Assembly (NCBI GenBank): GCA_044440125.1
Contig: JBITAJ010000024.1
Location: forward strand, 1-64,000
Reading direction: 5' to 3'
Origin: Sedimentisphaeraceae bacterium JB056
Lineage (GTDB): Bacteria; Planctomycetota; Phycisphaerae; Sedimentisphaerales; Sedimentisphaeraceae
DNA length: 64,000 nt
Position 1 is the stretch's first letter. Every line of letters begins with the position of its first letter. The notes under the pieces were generated by a model, which made no database searches, was not told the origin of the DNA, and saw only the letters and a list, made by a program, of their open reading frames with translations. Position numbers and translations under genes: made by a program. Below are positions 10,040 to 20,884 of this stretch, piece after piece.

Positions 10040-11163
10040 TTTTTGGCTTTCCTGAAAAATTCTGCAGCAGAGACCTTGTCAAGCGGTAATGATATTTCTT
10101 TGCCATGTTTGGCAGAGATCTGAGCAGCCCAACCTATCTCGGCTATTACTTGTGAATTTACAAAGCTTAATGGCGATTTCTTGTCGTTTTTAATACAATC
10201 CAAGAAGTGATTAACACATTCTCCCGTTTGGTGTTCTACTACATCACCGCTATCGGGGGTGGTTGTATCTTTCTCCCAAGTCAGATCTTTATCGCAATCA
10301 GCATCGAGAGGTCTTACCCATTTGCCACCGGTAGTCTTATTCGACCAATACCTTACTTTGTAAGCCCTATCTATTTGAGAATCAAAAACTAATCCACCAT
10401 CAGTTCCATAGATATTATGGTAGGCATCGTAACCGTTGCCGTTATCGATGTTGCCGAAACAAAAACCCGTTGCTCCGTTATCAAATTTAATAAGAATATT
10501 ATAGAGTGGGTCTGCCTCGAAACCTCTTACGTTGGGGTTCAGGCTCGTAGCATAAACGCTTGCCGGCCTGGCCTGACTTTGCATAGCATATACCATAACC
10601 GATATCGAATGGTTTATGCCCATTGCAATTGCATCACCCATTATTTTTTTATCAAGCTTCCAAACCTTATCGCCGGCAATATTAACAGGGTGGCGGTAGT
10701 TTACCTGTATCTGCGTTACCTTGCCAAATTCTCCATCGGCTATCATTTTTCGAAGCCTTTGTTCGAATGTGTCAAAATAAAGTATATAGTCAACAAATGT
10801 TTTAAGGTTAGGGTTGGCTCTTTCAAGTTCTAATTGCTTGCAATAATCATCGAAAACGATAGCGCAAGGTTTTTCACTGAAAACGTGTTTGCCTGCTTGC
10901 ATTGCTTTGATGGACTGAGGGGCATGAAAACTATTAGGACTCACAAGCCATACCGCATCTATATCGGGATTATTTACAATCTCATAGTAGTCATCTACGA
11001 GCAAATCTTCACTAAGATTGAGGTTTTTTAAAGCTTCTTTACCTCTTTCCCTGTTAACTTCGTATAGAGCTGCAATCTCAGCATCATTACTTTCACATAT
11101 CCGCCGCATCTGACAGCTACCCATCCAGCCTGCGCCCACAAAACCTATTTTAATCTTCTTCAT
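10036..11163 (-). CDS. Gfo/Idh/MocA family oxidoreductase
   Basis: IGFVGAGWMG Rossmann motif; AGKHVFSEKP; 4-nt overlap with the downstream gene. Confidence 0.9.
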   Translation of the reverse strand: MKKIKIGFVGAGWMGSCQMRRICESNDAEIAALYEVNRERGKEALKNLNLSEDLLVDDYYEIVNNPDIDAVWLVSPNSFHAPQSIKAMQAGKHVFSEKPCAIVFDDYCKQLELERANPNLKTFVDYILYFDTFEQRLRKMIADGEFGKVTQIQVNYRHPVNIAGDKVWKLDKKIMGDAIAMGINHSISVMVYAMQSQARPASVYATSLNPNVRGFEADPLYNILIKFDNGATGFCFGNIDNGNGYDAYHNIYGTDGGLVFDSQIDRAYKVRYWSNKTTGGKWVRPLDADCDKDLTWEKDTTTPDSGDVVEHQTGECVNHFLDCIKNDKKSPLSFVNSQVIAEIGWAAQISAKHGKEISLPLDKVSAAEFFRKAKK

Positions 11164-11173
11164 TTAAACTTTC

Positions 11174-12337
11174 CTATATTTCTGATAACTTAATAACCCT
11201 ATTTTCTCTCGCTGACATTATCGCAGCAAATGCAACACGTGTCGCCATCACTGCATCATCAACATCGCAAACTACCGAACCAGCAGCTTCTATCTGGTCC
11301 ATAAAACGTTCAAGCGCGTGAGCGTGTCCCTTATCCGGTTCGGCAGTAAAGAAATCCATCGGTTTATTGGATTCTACTACTTGCCGACAAGCAGCTTGTT
11401 TCTTCTTAAGCCAACCGGTCAACCCGCCTTCAGTACCTATATCCTGATGACGATCCCCAAGCATTGGATACTTCTTTATGGAAGGAGCGTCTTCAATACC
11501 GGCCGTACGAATCTCAAGCATATGGTCGACGACAACTGCCGCACCGTTTCCGAATGCTTCATAAAGTTCCTTAGGATAAGCAAGAGTGCCGTTTGCGCAG
11601 AGAAACAAGTTTGCCAATTCACCGGTCTTATATTTGACAATAACCGAATGATTAAGCATACCTTGCTCCATAGCTACCACCTCTTCGGGTTCGGCATCGA
11701 GAAACCAGTTGCATATGTCCGTAAAATGCGTCATCTCAAAGAGCATAGGACCAAACGGAGCTTGCTGTTTATCAAATACCCAGGACTTCCAGCTATACCA
11801 ATCATCGTTAATACGGATAGTCATTGCCGCCTTACCATCGTCGGGAAGAGCAGGTTTGGAAGCTCCATCACGAATGAATCTCCATTTACAAGTTTTAGGA
11901 TTATCCATATGATTCCTAAATATTCTATGCGCATCAAGCATTGCCGGACTACTGCGACGATTATGACCTATGCAAAATGGAATACCCGCCTGTTTAACTA
12001 TCTTCTGAATCTCATACATCTCTTCAAGAGTGCGAGCCAATGGCTTTTCACAGTACACAGGCTTGCCTGCTTTTGCTGCGGCATCAATAACGGGTAGTCG
12101 AAGCTTCTCGGTGGTAGCAACACATAAAACATCTATCTCCGGATTGGCTATCACTTCTTCGTAATTCTTTGAGATATGTAATGCCCCATGTATCTGCTTG
12201 CACTCTGATAAAGCTTCGTCCGAGATATCGCAACACGTGTGCAATACCATCCTCTGCGACTTTACTATGTTAGGTATATGTTGCATACGTGCAAGCATCC
12301 CGCAACCTATAACTCCAATATTGATTTTTTCTCTCAT
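11174..12337 (-). CDS. Gfo/Idh/MocA family oxidoreductase
   Basis: IGVIGCG, AGKPVYCEKPLA, IGHNRRSSP, ExTHxxD. Confidence 0.9.
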   Translation of the reverse strand: MREKINIGVIGCGMLARMQHIPNIVKSQRMVLHTCCDISDEALSECKQIHGALHISKNYEEVIANPEIDVLCVATTEKLRLPVIDAAAKAGKPVYCEKPLARTLEEMYEIQKIVKQAGIPFCIGHNRRSSPAMLDAHRIFRNHMDNPKTCKWRFIRDGASKPALPDDGKAAMTIRINDDWYSWKSWVFDKQQAPFGPMLFEMTHFTDICNWFLDAEPEEVVAMEQGMLNHSVIVKYKTGELANLFLCANGTLAYPKELYEAFGNGAAVVVDHMLEIRTAGIEDAPSIKKYPMLGDRHQDIGTEGGLTGWLKKKQAACRQVVESNKPMDFFTAEPDKGHAHALERFMDQIEAAGSVVCDVDDAVMATRVAFAAIMSARENRVIKLSEI

Positions 12338-12559
12338 TCTTCTACACCATTGCTATCCGATATGATTAGTTGTTTACTAAAATACTTATTCTCGCGTCCT
12401 AAGCTACGCCCTTAGGGCAATTTTAACTACTCTTAAACTTTGATGCGTCCGCCAAAAGTCAATAAACGTCCAATTAACTCTTGATATCTGATTAAAATTG
12501 CAGATTCAATTATCAACGATTGACTTCTGTCAGTTTCACCAAACTTTATCTGACAATAT

Positions 12560-14446
12560 TTACAACAAGTTAATCGCATCATTTACGCTCAAGATATTGC
12601 CTGCATTATCCTTAAATTCTACTGTTACCGTTTTGAGACCGGAACTGGACGTCAAGACCCAATCCTTATTGGAATTGAAATCTTCCCAATCACTCCAACT
12701 CGTACCACCATCATTACTGAAACGCATTTCAGAAACACCGGATACTGCATCAACCACATTATTGTTTATAATAACCTGTACACTTGCTGTAGAATCATCC
12801 CCATCGTTGATTGTAATGCTACCGGTTGGTGAAATACTATCATAATAAATATCGTCGTACCATAGTGAAGATATTTTCCCATCCGAATCTTTGAACCTAA
12901 CCAGAACCCTTGTTCTCCCTCCTTGTGTGATTGCTCCCGGGAATACCCCCGTAGAAGTTCTGTAATTGTCGTTGCCGTAGGGAAACCAAGTGCCCCAATT
13001 CCCGTTATAACCATAATCGCTTTCGCCCTTCAACTGAAAATAAGCAGGAGGGTTGCTATTATCATCTTCGTCCAACGCCCACAAGTTATATTGAGGATAG
13101 AGATTATTGCACCATTTAGAGTCATTCTCAATTTTAATAGTTCCTGCAATCCCTGCCGCCAAATTCGGTTTTGAGTAACAAAAGACTTCACCGGTACCAC
13201 CATATACTGCGTAATTCACAGAATTATTCGCATCTGTATACCACTTGTCCCAATCTCCCGTAGCTGGATTCAAACGGTAAATCTGATCAATACCGGGGCT
13301 GAAATCTAATACGATGTTACAAGTAGCGTCTGCCTTATCCTTAGTCGGCCCTCTGTTAAGATTCGTTACCATAAAATAGAAATTACCTGCATCATCTTCA
13401 AACTGACCTAAGAGAATATCCGCATTAGCTGAATCTCCATCCCATAAGTTCGTTTGGATATAAATATCGTCAAGCATACTATCTTCGTCCAAAGAATTAT
13501 CCCATTGAGTTACATAAGTTGGTAGAGCATGACCATCCATGAGCACATACCAATATCCTAAGGATCTTAGATGCCGGAAATATTTACCTTGACTCTCAAC
13601 TATTGGACTTATATCTTCAACATAGTCATAAAGACACGTCTGATTACCGTTCTCATCAATCAAGGCATTTGTCAGCGTTTGACTCGTTTCAGGCGTCTCT
13701 TCATAAAAGAAATATCCAATTCCTGATGCACCCGCTGTCAGACCGGACCATACATGCATTCTCACCTCAGATTCACTTGGTGTTCTCCACCAATCGCCTT
13801 CAAAAGTTTGCACCCACCAGAAGAACGGCATTCCATTATACGGAGATGTTGACGTGTAGCTTTGTGTTCCATAACTGCTTAGATGATATAAAGCAGAAAA
13901 TAATCCAATGCGTTCTACACCAACATCCATATATGGATACATATCAACCATAAGAGCATCAACACCAAGACTCTTGATATCATCCAAGTCATCCACCCTA
14001 AAAGTATTAATATACGTCAGACCATCGGGTCTCTCTTTATTGCAGAAGTCAACAATATCCTGAATAGCATTTACTAAGTTAGGATCAGACATATCCGGTT
14101 CATCCCTTATGTAGAATGCATCCGAATAGTCAGAATTGGTATTACTTAATATCCAACTCTTAATTGCTGCTATGTGATTAGGATAAACACTCAAATTAAC
14201 ATGCCAATATAAATTAGGCCAAGCAGTAGTCAATGTATCAGTATACCAATATCTACAATGAATAGAATTGTTTATAGCCCGATATTCACTATGCCGATAA
14301 GCATCATCCGTTTCTGTTTCCCACCAACTGTAGATTGTAAAAGGATGACTCTTAACCCACTGTCTCCCATAATCCGGTATTTTTGCGTTAACTTGACTAA
14401 ACAAGAATAAGACAGAGATAAACATTATTTGTCTGGTAGAACCCAT
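12560..14446 (-). CDS. Secreted protein with putative glycoside-hydrolase-like barrel and C-terminal Ig-like repeats
   Basis: Signal peptide; FYIRDEP, VDMYP, WVQTF, RTPSESEVR..GASGIGYF; C-terminal PTGSITINDG...MRFSNDG..WSDW...KTVTVEFKDNAGN. Confidence 0.6.
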   Translation of the reverse strand: MGSTRQIMFISVLFLFSQVNAKIPDYGRQWVKSHPFTIYSWWETETDDAYRHSEYRAINNSIHCRYWYTDTLTTAWPNLYWHVNLSVYPNHIAAIKSWILSNTNSDYSDAFYIRDEPDMSDPNLVNAIQDIVDFCNKERPDGLTYINTFRVDDLDDIKSLGVDALMVDMYPYMDVGVERIGLFSALYHLSSYGTQSYTSTSPYNGMPFFWWVQTFEGDWWRTPSESEVRMHVWSGLTAGASGIGYFFYEETPETSQTLTNALIDENGNQTCLYDYVEDISPIVESQGKYFRHLRSLGYWYVLMDGHALPTYVTQWDNSLDEDSMLDDIYIQTNLWDGDSANADILLGQFEDDAGNFYFMVTNLNRGPTKDKADATCNIVLDFSPGIDQIYRLNPATGDWDKWYTDANNSVNYAVYGGTGEVFCYSKPNLAAGIAGTIKIENDSKWCNNLYPQYNLWALDEDDNSNPPAYFQLKGESDYGYNGNWGTWFPYGNDNYRTSTGVFPGAITQGGRTRVLVRFKDSDGKISSLWYDDIYYDSISPTGSITINDGDDSTASVQVIINNNVVDAVSGVSEMRFSNDGGTSWSDWEDFNSNKDWVLTSSSGLKTVTVEFKDNAGNILSVNDAINLL

Positions 14447-14805
14447 AAAACTCTCCTTTTCATTAATTTAAAACCAAAATTTAACTTCATTACTATCCAA
14501 AATAAATTGGACTCTTGTAAAAATATTAATTCTCCATACCCTGAAAGCTTACTTCTGTTCAGTAAACTGCAATTTAAAACCACACAGCATCTTGATATAG
14601 CTTTTGACAAAAGTTACAAAATAGAAACGGTCATTTGTCTATTTATTGAAAAGAAGTTCTAAAAACCTACAAGTATTATCATAGCTTAGCGTAAAATATT
14701 TCAACACATATTTCACTTCTAAAATAATCGACTTACCCATCAAGTAGACGAGTCGCTCATCGCATATAATCCGTCTATATTGGGGAGAGATAGAATTCTA
14801 TCACA

Positions 14806-16605
14806 TTACTTTGCCGACCACCTCTCTTTAAGCAGAAAAGCTGCGGACTTAGGTTTTCTTTGACGAGTAAATATACCTTTTTTATTTCCAACGACCCTCG
14901 TGATACCCTGTTCAGTTGCAAAATCAGCAAAATTCCATACGTGCTCTCCGATTACAAAATCAAATTTATCAAATGCACGATGGCAAGCTTTCAAAAACTC
15001 TATCTGATATTCTTCTGTAAACAAGACAGGCGGGTCTTCATGGAAGCCAGCTAAAGCATCAACGCCATATTCAGTAATCAAAATAGGCTTCTCGAATCTC
15101 TTATGCCACAAAGTAAGGTCTTTTTCAAATTGGAATTCAACAAGATCCAGACTACCCGAATCGGTGTACCATGAGAAATATCTGTTAAGACAAATAACAT
15201 CGACGTATTCAGCAAAGCCTGCTTCGTATAAGTTTGGGGTTAATCCATTCTTCTCCGGCACAGAACAGAAAACCAAAGTCAAAGGTCGAGAAGAATCCAA
15301 GTATCTGGTCTTATCCGCTATTTTCTTAAAGTACTTGACAGAACCTTTATCCCATGTTGACGGCTCATTTGCAATGCTCCACATAACAATACTCGGATGA
15401 TTCTTATCTCTGTCAATCATTTCCTGCATAACATCAATATGATGCTTCATACACTCGCCATTAAACCGTTCCTCCGTAAATATTTCCTCACCAAAATCAT
15501 TCCTCATGCCAACTGCCGGCGATTCCCCTATAATAACAATCCCCCTCTCGTCGGCCATATTCAATATCTCTTCGCTATATGGATAATGAGACGTTCTAAA
15601 CGAATTGGCTCCAATCCATTCAAGTAGATTGAAATCTTTAACATTTACCACATTATCAAGTCCTCGTCCGCGCAGTTCAGAATCTTCATGCTTACCAAAA
15701 CCCTTAAAATAAAAAGGCTCGCCATTGATAAGAAATTTATCCCCTTCGACTTCTACAGTTCTAATGCCAACTCTCAGATTATAAACATCTATAACATTTT
15801 TATCATTATCATAGAGATAGGTTTTAAGAGTGTATAAGTAGGCATTTCCGGGTTGCCACAAATTAGGAGAGTCTATATTCATAATCCCTTCCGTCCCCCG
15901 GTGCTCTGCGACAACAGTCCCTTCCTCGTCTACTAATTCAATATGAATATTCTTCTCTTCAATATCGGTATTTGTCAATACCTTAAAAGAAATCCGTCCA
16001 ACATTATCTATGACATCAGTTGTTACGCCAATATCTTTAACAAAAACTCCATTAGTGGTGTAGACTTTAACAGGACGATGTATACCGGCATAATTAAAGA
16101 AATCAAAAAACACTTCCTGCTTAACGTAATTGTCAGGATGGTAGTCATCATCAAACCTCTTCATTCTGCCTCTTGGCAAACAGCCTTCGTCAAGTTCATT
16201 ATTAACCAAGACTGTTATTCTGTTCTCACTGCCATAGTCGGCTATATCTGTTATCTCACCTTCAAACGGTAGAAACCCACCTTTATGTTCGGCAATCAAA
16301 TTACCGTTTAGCCAAACTTTCGAATGATGAGTTACACTTCCTAATCTGATAACAACTCTACGTCCCTTCCATCTCTCCGGAATATAAAAGGAATATTCAT
16401 ACCAAACATTCCCTACATAATCACGAATACTGACATCTTGAGTTAAATCATTATAGCTTGAAGGCACGGGCATATCGATGGTATCTTTCATAGAAGATTC
16501 ATACCACCTCTCCGACAATCCGACATTTTGTCGATCAAGCTTAAAACGCCAGATACCGGCTAAATCTTTAACTTCACGTCTCTCGTTTTCTTGTGGATAC
16601 AACAT
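14806..16605 (-). CDS. uidA: Beta-glucuronidase (GH2)
   Basis: FDFFNYAGIHRPV, GFGKHED, FRTSHYPY, WSIANEP (acid/base), ITEYG (nucleophile) and the GUS-specific GNKKG motif; no signal peptide. Confidence 0.93.
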   Translation of the reverse strand: MLYPQENERREVKDLAGIWRFKLDRQNVGLSERWYESSMKDTIDMPVPSSYNDLTQDVSIRDYVGNVWYEYSFYIPERWKGRRVVIRLGSVTHHSKVWLNGNLIAEHKGGFLPFEGEITDIADYGSENRITVLVNNELDEGCLPRGRMKRFDDDYHPDNYVKQEVFFDFFNYAGIHRPVKVYTTNGVFVKDIGVTTDVIDNVGRISFKVLTNTDIEEKNIHIELVDEEGTVVAEHRGTEGIMNIDSPNLWQPGNAYLYTLKTYLYDNDKNVIDVYNLRVGIRTVEVEGDKFLINGEPFYFKGFGKHEDSELRGRGLDNVVNVKDFNLLEWIGANSFRTSHYPYSEEILNMADERGIVIIGESPAVGMRNDFGEEIFTEERFNGECMKHHIDVMQEMIDRDKNHPSIVMWSIANEPSTWDKGSVKYFKKIADKTRYLDSSRPLTLVFCSVPEKNGLTPNLYEAGFAEYVDVICLNRYFSWYTDSGSLDLVEFQFEKDLTLWHKRFEKPILITEYGVDALAGFHEDPPVLFTEEYQIEFLKACHRAFDKFDFVIGEHVWNFADFATEQGITRVVGNKKGIFTRQRKPKSAAFLLKERWSAK

Positions 16606-16622
16606 AACAATATTTCTTCCTG

Positions 16623-18563
16623 CTACTTAGACTCTACCTTGTCTTCTCTTTCTATCCATCCATCGTCAGAACTATCAAAAATTTGGGTTTTAAGCCTACT
16701 GTATAACTTACGCGTGTCAATTATGCCACCAATAAGAAGCCAAACAGTAAAAATAAATGCAAGACAGCCAAATATGATAGTAAACCAATACCAATATTTA
16801 AGCCAAAAATCATTATCCGTACCTTTGACAAAATGGTAGAATGTAAATATGACTAAGATTATAAAATTGAGAAAACCAAACCCGATCGCATAAAAATAAA
16901 TACACCTATCTACTAAAGTAAACTCTTTTGTTATGCCGATTCTTCGGTTAAATTTTGACAGTTTACCTTTATGTATTACAGTATCTTCTTGTGTCTTAAA
17001 TTGACCACTGTTTAGAATCTTATCCAAATTGGCATCCTGAGAACTCAACAAAGAAACAGCTATATACGTCAATATTGAAACAAGCATTGTATAGAAAGCG
17101 ATTTCCATCCCGTTAAGAAAGAAGTCTTCATTAATATAACTTAAAATTATGCCGGTAATAGACAAAACAAAGCCTACAATTAAAGATGCAAACGCTGCCG
17201 AAGTAGTTCCACGTTTCCAATATAATCCGCCAATAATTACCGAACCGGCACCGGATAGATAAACAGCTCCTGTTAGTTTCTGCCATATAAGTATCTTCTC
17301 ATACTGATCAAAGACAAGGCTGAAAAAATATATAAATACTGCAATAGCTATCACCGACAATCTCAGGAGCAACATATGAGATTTAGTGGCAAACGGCTTC
17401 TTACGAAACGGCATGACAACATCCTGTATAAATATACTGCTCCACGAGTGCAAATACGTATTATGGGTACTAATAAATGCAGCAAGAAAGACCGCCACAA
17501 AAGCACCGGATAAACATTTAGGCAGAAAGAAACGCATAGCAACAGGCACTGTCATTTGGTCTCTAATCTCTTCATTGGGAATCGTCATTAATACTGAACT
17601 AATTTGATTGGACATACCCGAAAAATTAGGATGGTGCATAATGGTGTAAGCACCGATTGGAACAACAACACTTAATAAGGTAAGGGCATAACCTCTAATT
17701 CCACCTAAAATACCTCCCATCCTTGCTTCATGTGGATTCAGAGCGGCAGCATTATAACCTTGTGAGCCTTGCCATGCCCTGGTTGAATAAACAAAAATTG
17801 CACCGTTCATTATGAAATACCACATGTTAAAATCACGTATCTTACTTCCTTCAAAAGGATTAATCAGCGATCTTCCGGGCTGGCTATTAGACAGAGCAAA
17901 CCCAATATTATCCCAATCAAGCTTAACGAAGATATAGACAATAACTATAATAAAAACTATATTAACAAATCCCCCTTGAATAAAATCCGTAACCATTACA
18001 GTTATCTGCCCTCCGGCAAATGTGAAATAAACTGCAACAAGAAGCAAAAGAAACATTATGGTAGCATATGTTGAGAAAGTTATGCCTAAGAATTGAAAGC
18101 TTTCCGGGAAACCGCAAAAATATATAAAGAACCTACTTCCGACAGAGGGGAAAATTCCAAAATTAAGAAGTCCTGAGATGAAGATTATAAATCCGGCAAA
18201 TATTCTGAATTTACGATTATATCTTTTTTCAAAAAACTCTGCCAAAGTCATACATCTGGTCTGTCTGAATCTATAAATCACAAAACCAGAAACCAGAATC
18301 AGCATTGCTATTGGAGAGTTTATGAATTGCCACCATAATGCAGTATAGCCGGCTTGGTATGACATCTGAAAAAGAGCTATCAAAGAGATAGCACCCAGAT
18401 TAGACATTCCTTCAGAAATACTGAGAATATATCTTCCCGCACAACGGTTTGCAACAAGATAATCAGCAATGCTTCGATTATATTTTTGTGTGTATACCGT
18501 TACTATAATGATAAATAATACTAAGCAACCAATAATGCTCCAGTCAAGCCAGTGTAAATCCAT
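16623..18563 (-). CDS. Sodium:solute symporter family transporter
   Basis: Multiple TM helices; DYLVANR, TLAEFFEKRY, AGGQITVMVTDFIQG, GGLYWKRGT. Confidence 0.9.
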   Translation of the reverse strand: MDLHWLDWSIIGCLVLFIIIVTVYTQKYNRSIADYLVANRCAGRYILSISEGMSNLGAISLIALFQMSYQAGYTALWWQFINSPIAMLILVSGFVIYRFRQTRCMTLAEFFEKRYNRKFRIFAGFIIFISGLLNFGIFPSVGSRFFIYFCGFPESFQFLGITFSTYATIMFLLLLVAVYFTFAGGQITVMVTDFIQGGFVNIVFIIVIVYIFVKLDWDNIGFALSNSQPGRSLINPFEGSKIRDFNMWYFIMNGAIFVYSTRAWQGSQGYNAAALNPHEARMGGILGGIRGYALTLLSVVVPIGAYTIMHHPNFSGMSNQISSVLMTIPNEEIRDQMTVPVAMRFFLPKCLSGAFVAVFLAAFISTHNTYLHSWSSIFIQDVVMPFRKKPFATKSHMLLLRLSVIAIAVFIYFFSLVFDQYEKILIWQKLTGAVYLSGAGSVIIGGLYWKRGTTSAAFASLIVGFVLSITGIILSYINEDFFLNGMEIAFYTMLVSILTYIAVSLLSSQDANLDKILNSGQFKTQEDTVIHKGKLSKFNRRIGITKEFTLVDRCIYFYAIGFGFLNFIILVIFTFYHFVKGTDNDFWLKYWYWFTIIFGCLAFIFTVWLLIGGIIDTRKLYSRLKTQIFDSSDDGWIEREDKVESK

Positions 18564-18572
18564 ATTAACAGC

Positions 18573-19769
18573 CTATAAATTCTTTTCTATAAAATCAAAT
18601 GCTTTCTTCGTAGCGGAAATATGCCCGTAACGATGTCCAATAAAAGCGACCTTTTCCGACAGATGCAATCTATCATAATATTTAGCTACGTCACCGAACT
18701 CTTCTAAAGCCAAATCATAATCCACAGAAGTATCTTTTTCACCCGCCTCAACAGCGAAAGCTCTCGGGATAATTAATGATGCAATATCCGAATCAAAAAA
18801 CCATTTCAAAACATTAGGATAAAATTGAGTCTCTTCAAGTGAGTCAAGATAAGTTACTCCTTTATAAGGGCCTATCAATTTCTTTATCCGATTATTGAAA
18901 TATGCACTGCATACGGAAGCCTTTATTCTTCTGTCAAGAGCGGGAAGATACAATGCGCTTTGACCTCCTTGCGACAAACCGTACATCCCGATCTTATCTT
19001 TTTCTACATCGTCATTTTGTAATAGAATGTCTATACCTCTCGAAGAGGCCAACATATCAAGCCCAAAGAGAGTGCTATTCTGCAGCAACGCCAAACGATG
19101 TAATCGATTTTTACCATAGGCATACCTGTCTTCAAAACCAGGGATACTTGCAATCGTCTCTTCCGAAAACCCAAATCCGGAAGGATGATGCACCGCAATA
19201 ACATGATAATTTCTTTTAACAGCCCTGATGCCAAGTGAGCGATAACTATAATCTTCCATATTCGCTTGTTGACAGAATCCGCACACAAGCTCCGGGCTAC
19301 CTCCATAGCCATGCTGAACCAGAAGCCCCGGATGTGTCCCTTCGGTCTCTGGCACAAGCTCTATTGCATAGGTATGTACGCCCTCAGTAATTTCAAACAA
19401 TAACCGATATACATCAAATCCTTGTTCTGCTCTGATTAGCTTCTTCTCTATGATATTTACTTCTTCTCTCCGATCCGGTTCAATCCAAAAGCCCAGCATT
19501 TTTTTCAGCATATCTCGCTTCGATTCCACTGACACCAGGTAGTTCTCTACAGAACTAAAATCCCTCTTCCACTCATGTTTTCTTAGCGAATTATGCTTGC
19601 TGAGATTATTTCTCAGAAACGATTCATATGACAAATACGTGCTTTTGCGATAAGAATCTACTTCTGCTGCATCAATAGGTTCGACATTCGGCGGACCGAC
19701 CTGTTCCTCAATCAGGCAATCACTATGCAGATATTGTTCGAGTTGAAAGCTTCTATGCGAATCATTCAT
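18573..19769 (-). CDS. Alpha/beta hydrolase (dienelactone hydrolase/esterase-like)
   Basis: Nucleophile elbow GLSQGG; EAGEKD acid; GH near the C-terminus. Start placed at ATG 19769 (ATGA overlap with upstream stop). Confidence 0.8.
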   Translation of the reverse strand: MNDSHRSFQLEQYLHSDCLIEEQVGPPNVEPIDAAEVDSYRKSTYLSYESFLRNNLSKHNSLRKHEWKRDFSSVENYLVSVESKRDMLKKMLGFWIEPDRREEVNIIEKKLIRAEQGFDVYRLLFEITEGVHTYAIELVPETEGTHPGLLVQHGYGGSPELVCGFCQQANMEDYSYRSLGIRAVKRNYHVIAVHHPSGFGFSEETIASIPGFEDRYAYGKNRLHRLALLQNSTLFGLDMLASSRGIDILLQNDDVEKDKIGMYGLSQGGQSALYLPALDRRIKASVCSAYFNNRIKKLIGPYKGVTYLDSLEETQFYPNVLKWFFDSDIASLIIPRAFAVEAGEKDTSVDYDLALEEFGDVAKYYDRLHLSEKVAFIGHRYGHISATKKAFDFIEKNL

Positions 19770-20884
19770 GCTGTATATCCCTCTCGGCATAAGGGTAAGA
19801 GAATATCATAATAGCTCTTTAGTTTATCTGTGCCAATAGGAGGTATGCCGCTCTCTGTTCTTGGAAAGAACCTCCCTCCCTTACGACCAATGGCCATAAC
19901 ATTTTTCAGATGCTCTTCAATCTCCTTGTCTGTCATTCCGTTAATGAGAGTGCTCACTCCACCGTTTATTGTGATTTTATCACCCCAATTTTCCTTGAAT
20001 TCCGCAAGGTCATTATTATCACTTGGTCCAATCGGATTTACCATATCTACTCCTGCTTCAACTATCAAATCCATAATTGGAGAGATATAACCATGACTAT
20101 GCAAGTGTAAGAAGGCACCGTATTGATGGCAAAGATCCGCTAATTCTCTAAGCCATGGGGAAAAATATTCCCTAAACATTGCAGGAGAGAAGAGCAGCGA
20201 AGAGCCCGAGCCAAAATCAGACGGAGTAAATATTGCGTCAGCTCCTGCCTCAAGTAATCTTACTGCCGAATCAAGCGAAAACTTCTTCAACTTATTTATC
20301 ATACAATGGGCTGCTTCGGGCTCAATTGCCATCCAAAGTAAAGCGTTTTCAAAACTGGTTAGGAAGTAATACATCCCATACCAGGCTCCAATGACACTTG
20401 CCTCAACAAAGTAACCCGCCTCTTTAAATGCTTTCAAATCTTGAATATCTTTGTCAGTAAACCTGTCAGGATCATTTGCATCAGGCATCTCAAACTCAAA
20501 TATATCCTTAGGTGTATTTATCGGGTAAGACTCTGCCTCTCTGCAAAATGTAGGAGAATATTCTTCTCTCCAGACCGCTCCTGTTTCAAAGCGATACCTG
20601 TAAACATCTTCTGTTTTTTCAAGTACTTCTCTCTTCAGACCAATACCCAAATGAATTGCACTGCTATGAAAAAAATCAGTTATATTAATTACATCGGTAA
20701 CAAAATCGCCGGTCGATTTCGGCAGCAACGAATTAAACACTGTAATATCCATAGCGGACTCATTATAAATCGGAATTTCATCCAATATCTCTCCACGAAG
20801 AACTCCAATTACCTGTTCTCTCTTTGGCAGCATAATAATATCGTTAGGCATCTTTCTTGGTATTAGTTCAGTTTGATTTGACAT
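19766..20884 (-). CDS. Uroporphyrinogen decarboxylase-family (UroD/MtaA-like) protein
   Basis: SDFGSGSSLLFSP..FRE, HLHSHG, GVDMVNP, GGVST, GGRF. Start could instead be 20851. Confidence 0.82.
   Translation of the reverse strand: MSNQTELIPRKMPNDIIMLPKREQVIGVLRGEILDEIPIYNESAMDITVFNSLLPKSTGDFVTDVINITDFFHSSAIHLGIGLKREVLEKTEDVYRYRFETGAVWREEYSPTFCREAESYPINTPKDIFEFEMPDANDPDRFTDKDIQDLKAFKEAGYFVEASVIGAWYGMYYFLTSFENALLWMAIEPEAAHCMINKLKKFSLDSAVRLLEAGADAIFTPSDFGSGSSLLFSPAMFREYFSPWLRELADLCHQYGAFLHLHSHGYISPIMDLIVEAGVDMVNPIGPSDNNDLAEFKENWGDKITINGGVSTLINGMTDKEIEEHLKNVMAIGRKGGRFFPRTESGIPPIGTDKLKSYYDILLPLCREGYTA

Noticed and set aside
11318..12097. 259-aa + strand ORF, and similar shadow ORFs such as 6904..7314, 7600..8037 and 20441..20866
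   Set aside because: Antisense to well-supported genes, with no recognisable motifs; treated as shadow frames.
18573..19769. CE15 glucuronoyl esterase call
   Set aside because: Has GLSQGGQ rather than the CE15 G-x-S-R-x-G-K signature.
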